Source: an uncultured Candidatus Rokubacteria bacterium (GTDB taxonomy: Bacteria; Methylomirabilota; Methylomirabilia; Rokubacteriales; DASRDR01). Taken from it: a stretch of DNA of 64,000 nt. Both the position numbers and the translations under genes were made by a program. The notes under the pieces are model-generated. The model was not told the DNA's origin. It searched no databases and saw nothing but the letters and a program-made list of their open reading frames with translations. Positions 19,043-29,660 of the stretch are shown here, in pieces. Within the stretch, counting starts at the first letter, position 1. The number at the start of each line of letters is the position of its first letter. The DNA is taken from the NCBI GenBank assembly GCA_963805625.1, contig CAWDVE010000010.1, forward strand, positions 1,248,001-1,312,000, given 5' to 3'.

Positions 19043-20337
19043 GCGTCGACGGGCTCCGCGTGAGACCGGACCGCAGCGGTCGGAACGGGTTTCCCTCGAC
19101 CGCGCCGGACGTCGTGCCAGGCGCGATGGCCATGCCGGCCGCCGCCGGCGCCTCGCCCCTCCAGGGCCGCGGCATCGTCTGCATGTCGTCCATCGACTGG
19201 GAATTTAACTGGCAAGGTCACCAGCAGATCATGTCCGCACTGGCCGAGCGGGGCAATCATGTGCTGTTCGTGGAGAACACGGGCGTGCGGGCACCCACGC
19301 TCACGGATCTGCCTCGCCTCGTGGCGCGCGTGCGCAACCGCTGGCGGAGCCCGGGGCCGCTCAGGCGGGAGCGTGACCGGCTCCACGTTCACTCGCCGCT
19401 GGCGCTTCCGTTCCCCTATGCGCGGATCGCGCGCGCGGTGAATCGTACCCTCGTGCTGCACCACGTCCGCCGCTGGATGCGGGTGACCAGCGTGCGCGCG
19501 CCGGTCCTCTGGACCTTCCTCTCCACCCCCCTTGTGCTGGATCTCATCGAGGCGATCCGCCCTGCGCTGAGCGTGTACTACTGCGCGGACGACCTCCCAG
19601 AGACCTCGGCCGGGGCCCGGAAGATCCTGCCGAGCGAGACGCGGCTCTTTCGAGAGGCGGACCTCGTGTTCGTCACCGCCGAGCGCCTGCGGGCTCGCGC
19701 GGCGGCCTCCCGCTCCCAGGTCGACGTGTTCCCATTCGGGGTCGACCTGGAGCCTTTCGAGCGCGCGCGCGACGGGAACGGACCCCTGCCCGCGGACATC
19801 GCGTCCCTGCCCCACCCGATCGTGGGGTTCGTCGGCGAGGTGAAGCGCTGGATCGACGAGGCGCTCCTGATCGAGGTCGCGGCGAGGATGCCACACGCCA
19901 GCTTCGTCCTCGTCGGGCCGATCGGAACCGACGCGTCACGCCTCGCCCGGCGCCCGAACGTGCACCTCCTGGGGCCGCGCCCGCACGCCGAGGTGCCCCA
20001 CTACCTCAAGGCTTTCGACGTCGCGATCATCCCGTACCGGCTGGCCAACGTCACGGCGGCCATCTATCCGGCCAAGCTGAACGAGTACCTGGCGATGGGG
20101 TTACCCGTCGTCTCCACGCCGATCGCGGAGCTGGTCCGCTTCGACGCGTCGCACCGCCACGTGATCTCGCTGGCCGGCAACCCCGGAGCCTTCGCGAGCG
20201 CGATCCGCGCGGCGCTCTCCAGCCGAGCGTCCGAGGCCGCCGCCCGCCGCGTGGCGGTGGCGCGAGGAAACGCCTGGGATCCCCGCATCGACCACATGGT
20301 CGCTCTCGTCGAGAAGGCCCTGGCCGCCCGCGCGTGA
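19039..20337 (+). CDS. Glycosyltransferase family 4 (TuaH-like)
   Basis: GTGA overlap. VYYCADD, GVD, IVGFVG, NVHLLG, DVAIIPY, PAKLNEYLAMGLPVVST. Start could be 19126. Confidence 0.88.
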   Translation: MSVDGLRVRPDRSGRNGFPSTAPDVVPGAMAMPAAAGASPLQGRGIVCMSSIDWEFNWQGHQQIMSALAERGNHVLFVENTGVRAPTLTDLPRLVARVRNRWRSPGPLRRERDRLHVHSPLALPFPYARIARAVNRTLVLHHVRRWMRVTSVRAPVLWTFLSTPLVLDLIEAIRPALSVYYCADDLPETSAGARKILPSETRLFREADLVFVTAERLRARAAASRSQVDVFPFGVDLEPFERARDGNGPLPADIASLPHPIVGFVGEVKRWIDEALLIEVAARMPHASFVLVGPIGTDASRLARRPNVHLLGPRPHAEVPHYLKAFDVAIIPYRLANVTAAIYPAKLNEYLAMGLPVVSTPIAELVRFDASHRHVISLAGNPGAFASAIRAALSSRASEAAARRVAVARGNAWDPRIDHMVALVEKALAARA

Positions 20338-20364
20338 CCGACGCCGTGGTATAACCAAGCAGCC

Positions 20365-20940
20365 ATGGCGATCTTCACGGGACGGATCGAGCGGGCCATC
20401 GCGCTTGCCATCCGGGCCCACGAGGCCCAAGTCCGGAAGGGGGACGGGCAGCTCCCCTACGTGGTCCACCCGGTCACCGTCGCCCTGATCCTCTCGCGCT
20501 ACACGGGGGACGAGGACACGATCATCGCGGGCCTCCTCCACGACACCCTCGAGGACACGCTCGTGACCGCGGAGGAGATCGAGCAAGCATTCGGCGAGAA
20601 GGTCCGCGACACGGTCCGCGATGTGACCGAGCCCGACCTGCCGGGCCTCTCGTGGGAAACGCGCAGGGCCCGTTACCTCAGGCGGCTGCAGACGGCGCCG
20701 AGGCCCGCCCTGCTGGTGGCGGGCGCGGACAAGATCGCGAACCTGATCTCCATGATCGCCGCACACGCGAGCGCAGGTGACGCGCTCTGGGAGCGGTTCC
20801 ACGCGTCGCCCGCCCTGAAGCTCGGATTCTATCGCCAGGTCCACACGCTGATCCGGGGATCCTGGTCCGGCTGCCCGCTCCTGCAGGAGTACGGCAACCG
20901 CCTGGAGGAGGCCGAGCGCAAGCTCGGGGCCCGACTCTGA
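20365..20940 (+). CDS. HD-domain protein, Mesh1/small alarmone hydrolase-like
   Basis: AHEAQVRKG..PYVVHP, AGLLHDTLEDT, VTE, ADKIANL. No synthetase domain. Confidence 0.85.
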   Translation: MAIFTGRIERAIALAIRAHEAQVRKGDGQLPYVVHPVTVALILSRYTGDEDTIIAGLLHDTLEDTLVTAEEIEQAFGEKVRDTVRDVTEPDLPGLSWETRRARYLRRLQTAPRPALLVAGADKIANLISMIAAHASAGDALWERFHASPALKLGFYRQVHTLIRGSWSGCPLLQEYGNRLEEAERKLGARL

Positions 20941-21016
20941 GCGGCGGTCCGGCTGCCGTTCAGCCGGGACCCGCCGATCGTGCTGGTCACGACACATCCC
21001 AAACGCTCGACGCGCG

Positions 21017-22237
21017 TCAGCGCTGGCGGCGACCCGCCGCCCAGAAGCTCGCCGCGGCCAGCCCCAGCGCCGCGATGGACGTGACGAAGGCGTATCGGTA
21101 GCTCCCGGTGAGATCGTAGATCACCCCCCCGAGCCACGGCCCGATGGCTGACCCCACCCGGTTGCCGAAGGTGACGACGCCGAGCACGGCCCCGAAGCTC
21201 CGGCCGCGGTAGACATCCGCCGTCAGCGCCGCGACGATCGGGCCCCTAGCCCCGAGCGTCAGGCCGAACGCCAGCACGTAGGCCCACAGGAGCCACCCGG
21301 GCGTTCCGGGCGCGAGGAGGAGTAGGGCCAGCGTTCCGGCCGCCGTTGCCACGTAGCTCACCAGCGCCGTTGGAACCCGGCCCCACCGGTCGGAGAGCGT
21401 ACCGAACGTCACGCGCCCGACGGCTGACAGGAGGCCGACCGCTCCGAACGCGGCCGCCGCCCGCCGCGGGTCGATCCCAGCCTCCACGATGTGCGCGACC
21501 TGATGCGTCGTCACCATGAAGTTCGAGACCGGCGTGAAGAAGAACGCGGCCGCGAAGCACCAAAAGCGCGGCGTCGCAAGGGCCGCCGCGAGCCCTGGGC
21601 CCTCGTCGGTCCGCTCGAGGCCGTGGGCGGGAAGATGGGCCGGTTCCGCCAGCCTCCGCGGCGGGAGCACGACCGCCGGCAGGAGGAGGAGCCCGGCGCC
21701 CATGCCGAGGCCCGCCATCGCCCAGCGCCACCCCACCCGGTCGATCAGCAGCGCGGCGAGCGGCCCGAAAAGGAAGATGCCGAGCCCCATCCCCGAGAAC
21801 GCCACGCCATTCACCGCGCCCCGCGCGGTGGGGAACCAGCGGCTCAGGATGACCAATTGGGCGACGCTGCCCAGGAGTCCAGCGCCCACCCCTGCAACCC
21901 CGCCGAACCACAGGAGGAGGCCCAGAGGCGAATCGGCGGTGGCCGCGAGGGCGACGCCTCCGCCGAGGATCACCGCGCCCGCCAGCATGACCGGACGCTC
22001 GCCAAGCCGCCGCATGAGGGCGTCCACGATCGTCCCCACCAGCCCCATCACGAGGTTATGCGCCGAGAAGACGGCCGCCGACAGGCTTCGCAAGCCGCCC
22101 AGCTCGCTGGAGATCGGGAGGAGAAAGACGGGGAAGCTGTTCGACAGCCCCTGCGCGAGCACGACCGTCACGAAGGCGCCGGCGAGAGCCCGCCAGCGCG
22201 GCTCCCGGGATGCCGTCAGCCACGCAGAGGGGATCAT
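21017..22237 (-). CDS. MFS transporter (OFA/MCT-like)
   Basis: About 12 TM segments, RWFPTARG, GTLSDRWGR, GGVIYDLTGSY. Confidence 0.9.
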   Translation of the reverse strand: MIPSAWLTASREPRWRALAGAFVTVVLAQGLSNSFPVFLLPISSELGGLRSLSAAVFSAHNLVMGLVGTIVDALMRRLGERPVMLAGAVILGGGVALAATADSPLGLLLWFGGVAGVGAGLLGSVAQLVILSRWFPTARGAVNGVAFSGMGLGIFLFGPLAALLIDRVGWRWAMAGLGMGAGLLLLPAVVLPPRRLAEPAHLPAHGLERTDEGPGLAAALATPRFWCFAAAFFFTPVSNFMVTTHQVAHIVEAGIDPRRAAAAFGAVGLLSAVGRVTFGTLSDRWGRVPTALVSYVATAAGTLALLLLAPGTPGWLLWAYVLAFGLTLGARGPIVAALTADVYRGRSFGAVLGVVTFGNRVGSAIGPWLGGVIYDLTGSYRYAFVTSIAALGLAAASFWAAGRRQR

Positions 22238-22324
22238 GCGTGGCAGGATGCGCTCGGTGGGTCAGCCCCGTCCAGCGGCGCGCCGGGCGACGCGGCGATC
22301 GTGGCCCGACCCGCGCGGACAGCG

Positions 22325-22849
22325 TCAGTCCGCGCGGTAGCCTACGAGCGCGGCCGCGCGCGAGCGACGGTCCACGGTCGAAAGGCGCCGGATCATCGCC
22401 GGCGTCAAGAGCGCGCGATGCCGGATGACGGCCAGGTGCTCGGCGACCCACCAGAGATCATCCGCCGACGTCATCCAGCCGGGGCGAAGCCGATCGAAGT
22501 GGGCGAGGTTGACCGGCGGCGAGTAGGCTCTGAGGGTCCGCTCCCCGCGAAGGTTCATGTACCCGTCGAAGTAGCTCATCACGAGCTCTCGGAGACCGCG
22601 GTAGACCGGCTCGCGGTACCGGAGTCCCGTGAAGTTCGACTTGGCAATGGCCCCCCAGCGGCCGTCGACTCGGAACACGGCCACGACGTGATCGGTGTCC
22701 TGCACCGCCTCGAGATCCAGGAGGAGCGGGGGGAAGCCCAGGGCGCGCAGCGCCGCGGCGGCGAAGATCGCTCCTTCCAGGCAGTGCGCGGTCCGCTCCC
22801 GCAGGACCTGACGTGGCGACCAAGCGGTCCGCGCGAGATGATAGGGCAT
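22325..22849 (-). CDS. Conserved hypothetical protein, transglutaminase/papain-like Cys-His motif
   Basis: SPRQVL..AHCLEGA, DTDHVVAVF, WGAIAKSN. The reading frame continues upstream (GFTPGEWRALRVLHTPAGVQ) with no ATG/GTG/TTG, so the true start is uncertain. Confidence 0.7.
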   Translation of the reverse strand: MPYHLARTAWSPRQVLRERTAHCLEGAIFAAAALRALGFPPLLLDLEAVQDTDHVVAVFRVDGRWGAIAKSNFTGLRYREPVYRGLRELVMSYFDGYMNLRGERTLRAYSPPVNLAHFDRLRPGWMTSADDLWWVAEHLAVIRHRALLTPAMIRRLSTVDRRSRAAALVGYRAD

Positions 22850-23040
22850 CGCGTCCAGGGCGCGCTGGACGCCCGCGGGGGTGTGGAGGACGCGCAGAGC
22901 GCGCCACTCACCCGGAGTGAAGCCGCGCGCGGCCGGCGGGGTGGCGGCGAGACGGTACGGTCTCCCGTGAGGAACCCGGCGAGACGTGAGGCGGACCGGC
23001 AGGCGCCGAGAGCGGGTCAGACGCAGGGCTCGCGGGAGGC

Positions 23041-23738
23041 TTAGCGGCAGACGGACCGGGTCGAGGTCGGAACCCAGACGGTCATGCGCTGACCGTCGGG
23101 ATACACGCGCATCTCCCAGTGGCCCGCGACGGTGACGGTCTCACAGCCCGCGGGGGGCGCCGCAGCCGACGCGGCTCCAGGAGCGGATGGCGCGGCCCCC
23201 GTGGCGGGGTCAGGGGGAGCTCCCAGGGGCTCGGGAGTCGGCGCCAGCGAACTAGGGGTGTCGAATGCCGGAGGTCCTGGCGGAGGTGGCGCTGAGCCCA
23301 GATAGGTGGCTCCAGGCGCATAGGCCGGATAGGCCGAATACCCCGGAGACACGGGATATGCAGGATACGGCGCGTACGCCGGATAGGGATAGACAGGATA
23401 CGCGGGCGCCGCGTAGACCCGCGGATAGGCCCAGAACGGAGCTGTCAGGAGCGTCCCGACGCCGACCCCGAAAGCGAAGCCACCGCCGTACCAGCCGGAC
23501 CCATATCCGTAGCCATGCCCGTAGCCGCGTCCATAGCCACGCCCGTGACCCGACCAGTGTTGCCAGCGAGCGCCGCCCCCGCTGTAGCCTCCGTGCCCGC
23601 GCGATCCGCCTCCGCCCCCCCGCGGACCCGGCGCCGCGGCGACCAGCGTGGGCACCAGCAGGAGCCCGATCGCCACAATCAGCGCGCCCCGGATCGTTCC
23701 TCGTCTCACGGCTCCCCTCCACCGGCACGCCCTGAACA
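23041..23738 (-). CDS. Secreted/membrane Gly-Tyr-Pro-rich low-complexity protein
   Basis: Signal peptide, GYG repeats, YPAY repeats, C-terminal C..GHW..WVP..C. Confidence 0.6.
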
Positions 23739-23752
23739 TCGCGCCAGAGCCA

Positions 23753-24304
23753 CTATACACCCGGCCGGAGGAACCAGTCCTCGAGCGCCTCGCGAGTGCT
23801 CCGGAAAGCCAGCGCGTCCCAGGGGATCTCTTGGCGGGCGAAATAGCGAGTCTCGCTCACCTCGTGGGCGTCGGCCGCGGCCTCGAGACCATGGGGCACC
23901 GTGACGTGGTATGCGACGATCACGACCGGCGCGTCCGCGTACGAGTAGATCCCGACCAGCCCGCCCGGCTCGAGGTCGAGGCCCACCTCCTCGCGCATCT
24001 CGCGACGCGCGGCTGCCGCCACGCTCTCCCCCCAGTCGACGTATCCGCCCGGAAACGTCCAGAGACCGTGGGAGGGCTCGATCGCCCGGCGGGTCAGCAG
24101 CACGCGCCCGTCGCGCACCGGAATGGTCACCGCCACGATCTTCGGATGGAGGTAGCAGACGAAGCCGCATCCGCTGCACACGGGGTACTCACGCATGTCC
24201 CGGGAGACGATCCGGCGCACGACGGTCGCCCCGCAGAGCGGGCAGAAGCGGAGCGTGTCCGGCCTGAGCTCTCGCTCCGGCACCAAGGGCTTCCGCTCAG
24301 CCAT
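23753..24304 (-). CDS. NUDIX hydrolase with N-terminal zinc ribbon
   Basis: FCPLCG..CSGCG; Nudix box [23 protein letters not shown]. Confidence 0.92.
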   Translation of the reverse strand: MAERKPLVPERELRPDTLRFCPLCGATVVRRIVSRDMREYPVCSGCGFVCYLHPKIVAVTIPVRDGRVLLTRRAIEPSHGLWTFPGGYVDWGESVAAAARREMREEVGLDLEPGGLVGIYSYADAPVVIVAYHVTVPHGLEAAADAHEVSETRYFARQEIPWDALAFRSTREALEDWFLRPGV

Positions 24305-26033
24305 CGGCGGTCCTCCGCTCGGAATCCGTGCGGAGCGCGGTCGAATCCGGGTTACCGGCGTGGTAGCGGGCGAAGAGAGGGTGGAGATCCCGGGCGCATG
24401 TCACCGCACGGAAGTCGAACGCGACACTGGGCGGCGTCACCAGGAACGCGTACAGCTCGTCCTCTGACGGGCCGGCGTGGCTCCCCCGCTCGTCGAGGTA
24501 ATTCACGCAGCCGGCGTCCGCGTAGTGCCCGTACAGGATGACGTCGCCGCCCGAGGGCATGCTGAGGAGGTCCTGCAAGCCCCGCACGACGATGTCGCGA
24601 TCGGGTCGGTCGAACACGGGACAGCCCGTCGTGCCGGGGGGCGGGGGGATCCGGACCACCTCGCCTCGATAGTAGCACAGGAGTCCCTGGGCATCCCGGG
24701 CGAGGACGAAGCCGATCGCCGCGTGCCGCGACAAACGCGAGAGCGCGCCGGGATAGCGGGCCTCGATCTCCTCCGCCAGCACGCGCGCGGTCGTGTGGAT
24801 CAGATACACGTTCACGTTGGGGCCCGCCGGGACAATGCAGAAGTCGCCGACCCACACGGCGTTCCGCTCGCGCATCGGGCGCCCCGTGGCGGCAAGGAAC
24901 CGCTGCCACCTGCCGGTGAACGGCCACAGTGGCAGCGGCGGATCGACGTCGCTCTTCGGTCCCGTTGGCCGCATCGACTGCGCTGGCGCGACCGGCGACG
25001 GCGATCCGCCCACGGCCCCCGCTGCGGGGCCGAAGCAGCCGATGATCGCCTCGGCCACGGACACCCCGCCCGCCACGGCGTGGAACGGGACCGAGCGGAT
25101 CTGACCGTGATCCGACAGGACGAAGAGGTCGTACCCGTGCTCCGGAACTCGGCGCAGGACTCGCGCGAAGCGTGCGATGCTCCGGTCGACGCCCCGGAGG
25201 GCGCGCAAGGCCTCAGGATGGCGCGGGCCGAGATCGTGGGCAGCCACGTCGTAGTCCACGAAGTTCACGAAGAGGGCCGGCACGCCCGCGTACAGGTCGA
25301 CCGTCACTCCGAGGGTGAAGAGCTCGCGCAGCCAGCCGCCGATCAGGAGCTGCGTGAGCATCCGTCGGAACGACGTCACGCGGCGGCCCAGGCTGAAGTC
25401 CCGGAGCGCCCCACCGAGCCAGCTGAGGAGCTCCCACAACGAGACGACCGACATCTTCGCGACCAGCCAGCCCAGGATCAGGCACGACACGATCAGGGTC
25501 CGGAAGCCGGCCCGCCCCCAGAACGGATGAGTCTGAAGGACGTGGGCGAAGGTGAGCACCGTGTCGTCGGCCCCACCCCCGAACACACACCCGTAGGTGC
25601 GACCCCCGCGGACGATGCCCTGCCCCGGCCGGGCGTGGGCGGCCTCCACGGCCGCCGCATCCCATGGCCGCGGGAACCACCGATAGGTCCCCGTCCGCTT
25701 GTCGAGGAACTCGAAGCCCGGGACGTCGACAGGGCCGCCGTACATCAGGCCCGCCTGGAACGCCGGCGTGGAGGTTGGCAGGCCGGACGGGATGGCGTGG
25801 AGCTCGACGGCCCCCCTGTGGATGAGCCTCCCGAGCGCCGGCATGCGCCTCCGAGTGGTGGCCTCCCGCACAACCTCGTGAGAGCATCCGCAGATCTGGA
25901 CCACGAGGAACCGCCTTGTGGGAGCCGCCGGGGCCGGCGGCATCCGGGTGATCCGGGCCCACCGGGCGAGCCTGTCGAGCAGACCGACAACGCTTCGGCC
26001 CGGGGCGGACCACCAGTGGGTGGATCTGGTCAT
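24297..26033 (-). CDS. Alkaline phosphatase superfamily (type I phosphodiesterase/nucleotide pyrophosphatase-like) membrane protein
   Basis: [28 protein letters not shown], with a central TM segment. Confidence 0.8.
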   Translation of the reverse strand: MTRSTHWWSAPGRSVVGLLDRLARWARITRMPPAPAAPTRRFLVVQICGCSHEVVREATTRRRMPALGRLIHRGAVELHAIPSGLPTSTPAFQAGLMYGGPVDVPGFEFLDKRTGTYRWFPRPWDAAAVEAAHARPGQGIVRGGRTYGCVFGGGADDTVLTFAHVLQTHPFWGRAGFRTLIVSCLILGWLVAKMSVVSLWELLSWLGGALRDFSLGRRVTSFRRMLTQLLIGGWLRELFTLGVTVDLYAGVPALFVNFVDYDVAAHDLGPRHPEALRALRGVDRSIARFARVLRRVPEHGYDLFVLSDHGQIRSVPFHAVAGGVSVAEAIIGCFGPAAGAVGGSPSPVAPAQSMRPTGPKSDVDPPLPLWPFTGRWQRFLAATGRPMRERNAVWVGDFCIVPAGPNVNVYLIHTTARVLAEEIEARYPGALSRLSRHAAIGFVLARDAQGLLCYYRGEVVRIPPPPGTTGCPVFDRPDRDIVVRGLQDLLSMPSGGDVILYGHYADAGCVNYLDERGSHAGPSEDELYAFLVTPPSVAFDFRAVTCARDLHPLFARYHAGNPDSTALRTDSERRTADG

Positions 26034-26116
26034 CGACCCCGATCCTACGGTCGGGGCACCCTTCGGGCAACGATCGCCTTGCGCCCCGGAGAGCGCCTCT
26101 GCTACCGTTTCGAATC

Positions 26117-26323
26117 ATGGCCGAGCGAGAACCTGCGGGACCCTTCTGCTTCGACTGCGTCTGGTTTCCCGAGGCGCCCGCGGACCTCGAGGAGTCGGCG
26201 CCGGACCGGGCCGCCAGCCGAAGCCTCACCGCCGACTTCCTCTGCCCGCATATCCGGCGTCGCGTCGTCCCCACCTACGCGGCCCACTGCCCCGACTATC
26301 AGGAATCTGCCGGGGACCGCTGA
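26117..26323 (+). CDS. Small Cys4 putative metal-binding protein
   Basis: CFDC...CPH...HCPDY. Stop lies 9 nt before trkA. Confidence 0.55.
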   Translation: MAEREPAGPFCFDCVWFPEAPADLEESAPDRAASRSLTADFLCPHIRRRVVPTYAAHCPDYQESAGDR

Positions 26324-26332
26324 GCGGCGGAC

Positions 26333-27679
26333 GTGCGCATCATCGTGATCGGCGCCGGCGAAGTGGGCTACCACATCGCCGCCCGCCTGTCCCACGAGGC
26401 GCACGAGATCGTGGTCATCGAGCGCCACCCGGAGGTCGTGCGCCGGGTGGAGGAGACCCTGCGGATCCGGGCCATCGAGGCGGACGGTTCGTCGCCCCGA
26501 GCCCTCGAGGCGGCGGGCGTCCAGGACGCCGCGATGGTGATCGCGGTGGCGGACGTCGACGAGGTCAACATCGTGGCCTGCGCCATCGCGCACCAGTACG
26601 GCGTCGCCACCAAGATCGCGCGGGTCCGCGACATCGAGCTCGGCGAGCATCCCATCCTGGCCGGCGGCAAGGTGCTCGGGATCGACCTCCTGATCAATCC
26701 GACGCAGGTCGTCGCCGATGAGATCCTGCGCGTCATCAAGACGACCGGGGCGGCCGAGGTGGCGGACTTCGCCGACGGCCGCGTCCAGCTCCTAGGCGTC
26801 AAGGTGGGTGCCAAGGCGCCCCTCGTCAACCGGCGCCTCCGCGACCTCCGCTCGGTCCAGGCGTCCGCGCCCTTCCGCGTCGTCGGGATCGCGCGAGGTG
26901 AGCGCCTCATCGTGCCGACAAACGATACCGTGCTCGCCGCCGAGGACCACGTGTACGTCGTGAGTCGCCGGGACGTGATCCCGGACATCCTGGTCCTCAT
27001 GGGCCGCACGGCGGCGGCCACCCGGCAGGTCTTCATCATCGGAGGCGGGCGCATCGGTCTCGAGGTGGCGCGCGCGCTCGAGGCCGACGAGATCGCCGTG
27101 ACGGTGCTGGAGCGGAACCGCAGCCGCTACGACGAGCTCACGCGCGAGCTTGCCCGTGCCCGGGTAGTGCAGGGCGACGGCACGGACGTCAAGCTCCTGG
27201 TGGACGAGGACATCGGCTCGGCCGACGCTATCGCCACGCTCACCGACGACGATCCCACGAACCTCCTGGCCGGGCTCCTGGGCAAGCGGCACGGCGCGAA
27301 GAAGGCCGTCGCCCTGTTCAAGCGTCAGGACCTCATCCCCCTCGTTGGATCGCTCGGGATCGACGCGGCGATCAGCCCGCGCCTGCTCACGGCCAGCGTG
27401 ATCCTGAAGTACGTGCGGGGTAAACGGGTCGTCTCGGTGTTCGAGCTCCCGGAGAGCGAGGCGGAGACGCTGGAAGTGGTCGTGCAGCAGGACACGCCGG
27501 CCGCGGACCGGTCGATCGAGGCGCTGGGCCTACCGGCCGACGCGCTGGTCGGCGCGGTGGTCCGCGGCGATCAGATACTCACGGCGGACCACGACCGCGT
27601 CCTGGCGGTGGGCGACCACGTGATCCTGCTCGCCTTGCCGCGGGCCATCCCCACCGTGGAGCGCCTCTTCGGGCTGTAG
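26333..27679 (+). CDS. trkA: Trk potassium uptake system NAD-binding subunit
   Basis: Two RCK_N (GAGEVG; GGGRIG) plus RCK_C repeats, 448 aa. Confidence 0.93.
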   Translation: MRIIVIGAGEVGYHIAARLSHEAHEIVVIERHPEVVRRVEETLRIRAIEADGSSPRALEAAGVQDAAMVIAVADVDEVNIVACAIAHQYGVATKIARVRDIELGEHPILAGGKVLGIDLLINPTQVVADEILRVIKTTGAAEVADFADGRVQLLGVKVGAKAPLVNRRLRDLRSVQASAPFRVVGIARGERLIVPTNDTVLAAEDHVYVVSRRDVIPDILVLMGRTAAATRQVFIIGGGRIGLEVARALEADEIAVTVLERNRSRYDELTRELARARVVQGDGTDVKLLVDEDIGSADAIATLTDDDPTNLLAGLLGKRHGAKKAVALFKRQDLIPLVGSLGIDAAISPRLLTASVILKYVRGKRVVSVFELPESEAETLEVVVQQDTPAADRSIEALGLPADALVGAVVRGDQILTADHDRVLAVGDHVILLALPRAIPTVERLFGL

Positions 27680-27688
27680 GCAGCCCCG

Positions 27689-27895
27689 CTACGCGGGGCG
27701 CTCGTCTTCGGGCGCGGGCGCGGGCGGCGGCGTGTCGGGACCGCCCACCATCGCGTCCCAGTCGATCGGCGGGCCGCCGCCCCCGACCTCGCCCTCCTTC
27801 GCCCCTTCCTTCTTCCGCTCGGCCTTCGCGTCGCGCTTGGCCTTCCGGGCCTGCTCTCTGCGCCACTTCTCACCGCTGTAGGATCGTCGCCCCAT
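27689..27895 (-). CDS. Small basic hypothetical protein
   Basis: SD GGAG. MGRRSYSGEKWRREQARKAKRDAKAERKK..PPIDW. Confidence 0.6.
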   Translation of the reverse strand: MGRRSYSGEKWRREQARKAKRDAKAERKKEGAKEGEVGGGGPPIDWDAMVGGPDTPPPAPAPEDERPA

Positions 27896-27982
27896 GCTCC
27901 CCTCCGCGCCGGCGTGTTGAGATGCCAAGGCCCTCCCGGAGGCCCGGAAGGGCCGCTCTTCGCCCGTCCCGATCGCGAGCGC

Positions 27983-29509
27983 TCAGAGTACTGGACCGAT
28001 GATCCAGGGCGCGAACTCCTCCTCCCCGATCCCCTGAGTCTCGCTCTTCGTCTTCCTCCCGGACGCGACGGCGACCACCTCCTCGAAGATTTGCCGCCCC
28101 ACGGTCGGAAGCGGCGTGCCCTCGAGGATCACGCCGCAGTTGATGTCCATATCCTCCTCCATCTGCCGGTAGACCAGCGAGTTCGTGGCCAGCTTGATGG
28201 AGGGCACGGGGCGGCACCCGAAGACGGAGCCGCGGCCGGTCGTGAACACCACGATGTTGGCGCCTCCGGCGACGAGGCCCGTGACCGAGACGGGGTCGTG
28301 CCCGGGCGTGTCCATGAAGACGAAGCCGCGCGTGGTGATCGGCTCCCCGTAGAGGAAGACGTCCGTGAGGGGCGTCGTGCCGCCCTTGGTCACCCCTCCG
28401 AGCGACTTCTCGAACACGGTCGTGAGCCCGCCGGCCTTGTTCCCGGGCGCCGGGTTGTTGTCCATCTCGGCCCCGAGGACACGGCAGTAGTACTCCCACC
28501 ACTTGAAGCGGTCGATCAGCTTCTTGGCCACGCCCTCGTTGACGGCGCGCCGGATGAGGAGGTGCTCCGCGCCGTATATCTCCGAGGTCTCCGCGAGGAC
28601 ACCGGTGCCGCCGTAGCGGACCAGCTCGTCCACCGCCCAGCCGAGCGCCGGGTTCGCCGTGATCCCGGAGTTCCCGTCCGAGCCGCCGCAGTTCGTCGCG
28701 AGGATCAGCTCTGAGACCGGCTGCGGCGTCCGCCGCGCCTCGTTGGCGACGGGCAGGAGGTCCAGCACCGCCTTGATCCCGGCCTCGACAGTCTTGCGGA
28801 CTCCACCCGCCTCCTGGATCGAGAGGACGCGGGGCCGCCCGAGTCGCTGGCGCTCGATGAAGGGAACCGTCTGGTTCACCTCGCAGCCGAGCCCGATCAG
28901 GACGTAGGCGCCCACGTTCGGATGGCGGGCGTAGCCCCCGAGCACCCGCATGAGCGCGTCGTGGTCCTCGCCGAAGAGCTTCGTGCCGCACCCCGACTTG
29001 TGGGTGATCGCGATGACGCCGTCGACGTTCGGGAAGTCGCGCTGGACGTCCCGGAAGCGTTCCCGGATGAGCTGGCAGACGCTCGCCGAACAGTTGACGG
29101 TCGAGATCACCGCCACGTAGTTCCGCGTCCCCACTCGCCCGTCGGCCCGCTTGAACCCGTCGAAGTAGCGCATCTGGTCCGGGGGGTAGTAATCGACCGG
29201 CCGCACGTCGACCCCGACCTCGTACTCCCGCTGGTAGTCGCCCACGGCGAGGTTGTGCGTGTGGACGTGCTCACCCTTCTCGATCGGCTGTGTAGCGAAG
29301 CCGATGACCTGACCGTAGCGGCGGACCGCCTCTCCCTTGGCGCGGGCCCGCCGGGCGATCTTGTGCCCGGGGCGGATGTCACACACCACCTCGAGGCGCT
29401 CCCCCTCGTGGTCGAGGACCGTCCCGGTCGGGATGGGCGCCTTGGCGATGACGACGTCGTCGTCGGAGTGAAGGATGAGCGCCTTCGCGCGAAGGTCGTG
29501 CGTCGCCAT
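27983..29509 (-). CDS. Altronate/galactarate dehydratase (UxaA/GarD) family with SAF domain
   Basis: GHKIA..RYGQVIG..HVHTHN, GRVGTRNY, GLGCE, CGGSDG.SG.TANP, EKSLG..KGG, MDTPG.D. Confidence 0.92.
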   Translation of the reverse strand: MATHDLRAKALILHSDDDVVIAKAPIPTGTVLDHEGERLEVVCDIRPGHKIARRARAKGEAVRRYGQVIGFATQPIEKGEHVHTHNLAVGDYQREYEVGVDVRPVDYYPPDQMRYFDGFKRADGRVGTRNYVAVISTVNCSASVCQLIRERFRDVQRDFPNVDGVIAITHKSGCGTKLFGEDHDALMRVLGGYARHPNVGAYVLIGLGCEVNQTVPFIERQRLGRPRVLSIQEAGGVRKTVEAGIKAVLDLLPVANEARRTPQPVSELILATNCGGSDGNSGITANPALGWAVDELVRYGGTGVLAETSEIYGAEHLLIRRAVNEGVAKKLIDRFKWWEYYCRVLGAEMDNNPAPGNKAGGLTTVFEKSLGGVTKGGTTPLTDVFLYGEPITTRGFVFMDTPGHDPVSVTGLVAGGANIVVFTTGRGSVFGCRPVPSIKLATNSLVYRQMEEDMDINCGVILEGTPLPTVGRQIFEEVVAVASGRKTKSETQGIGEEEFAPWIIGPVL

Positions 29510-29660
29510 GCCCGGAGCTCCTCTCGGTCCTCGGTCGGTGGCTCCTCGCCCGCGCCCGCGGACAGGAACCGCCCCCCCGGTCCTTATACCACACCCAGGG
29601 CGACCGGAACCGCTCCCCGGCGCTTCCAGCCGTCCCGACGCTACGGTAAGATTTCGCTGC

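Noticed and set aside
23320-23560. CRISPR-like or DNA repeat array
   Set aside because: The repeats encode GYG/YPAY low-complexity protein, with no constant repeat-spacer structure.
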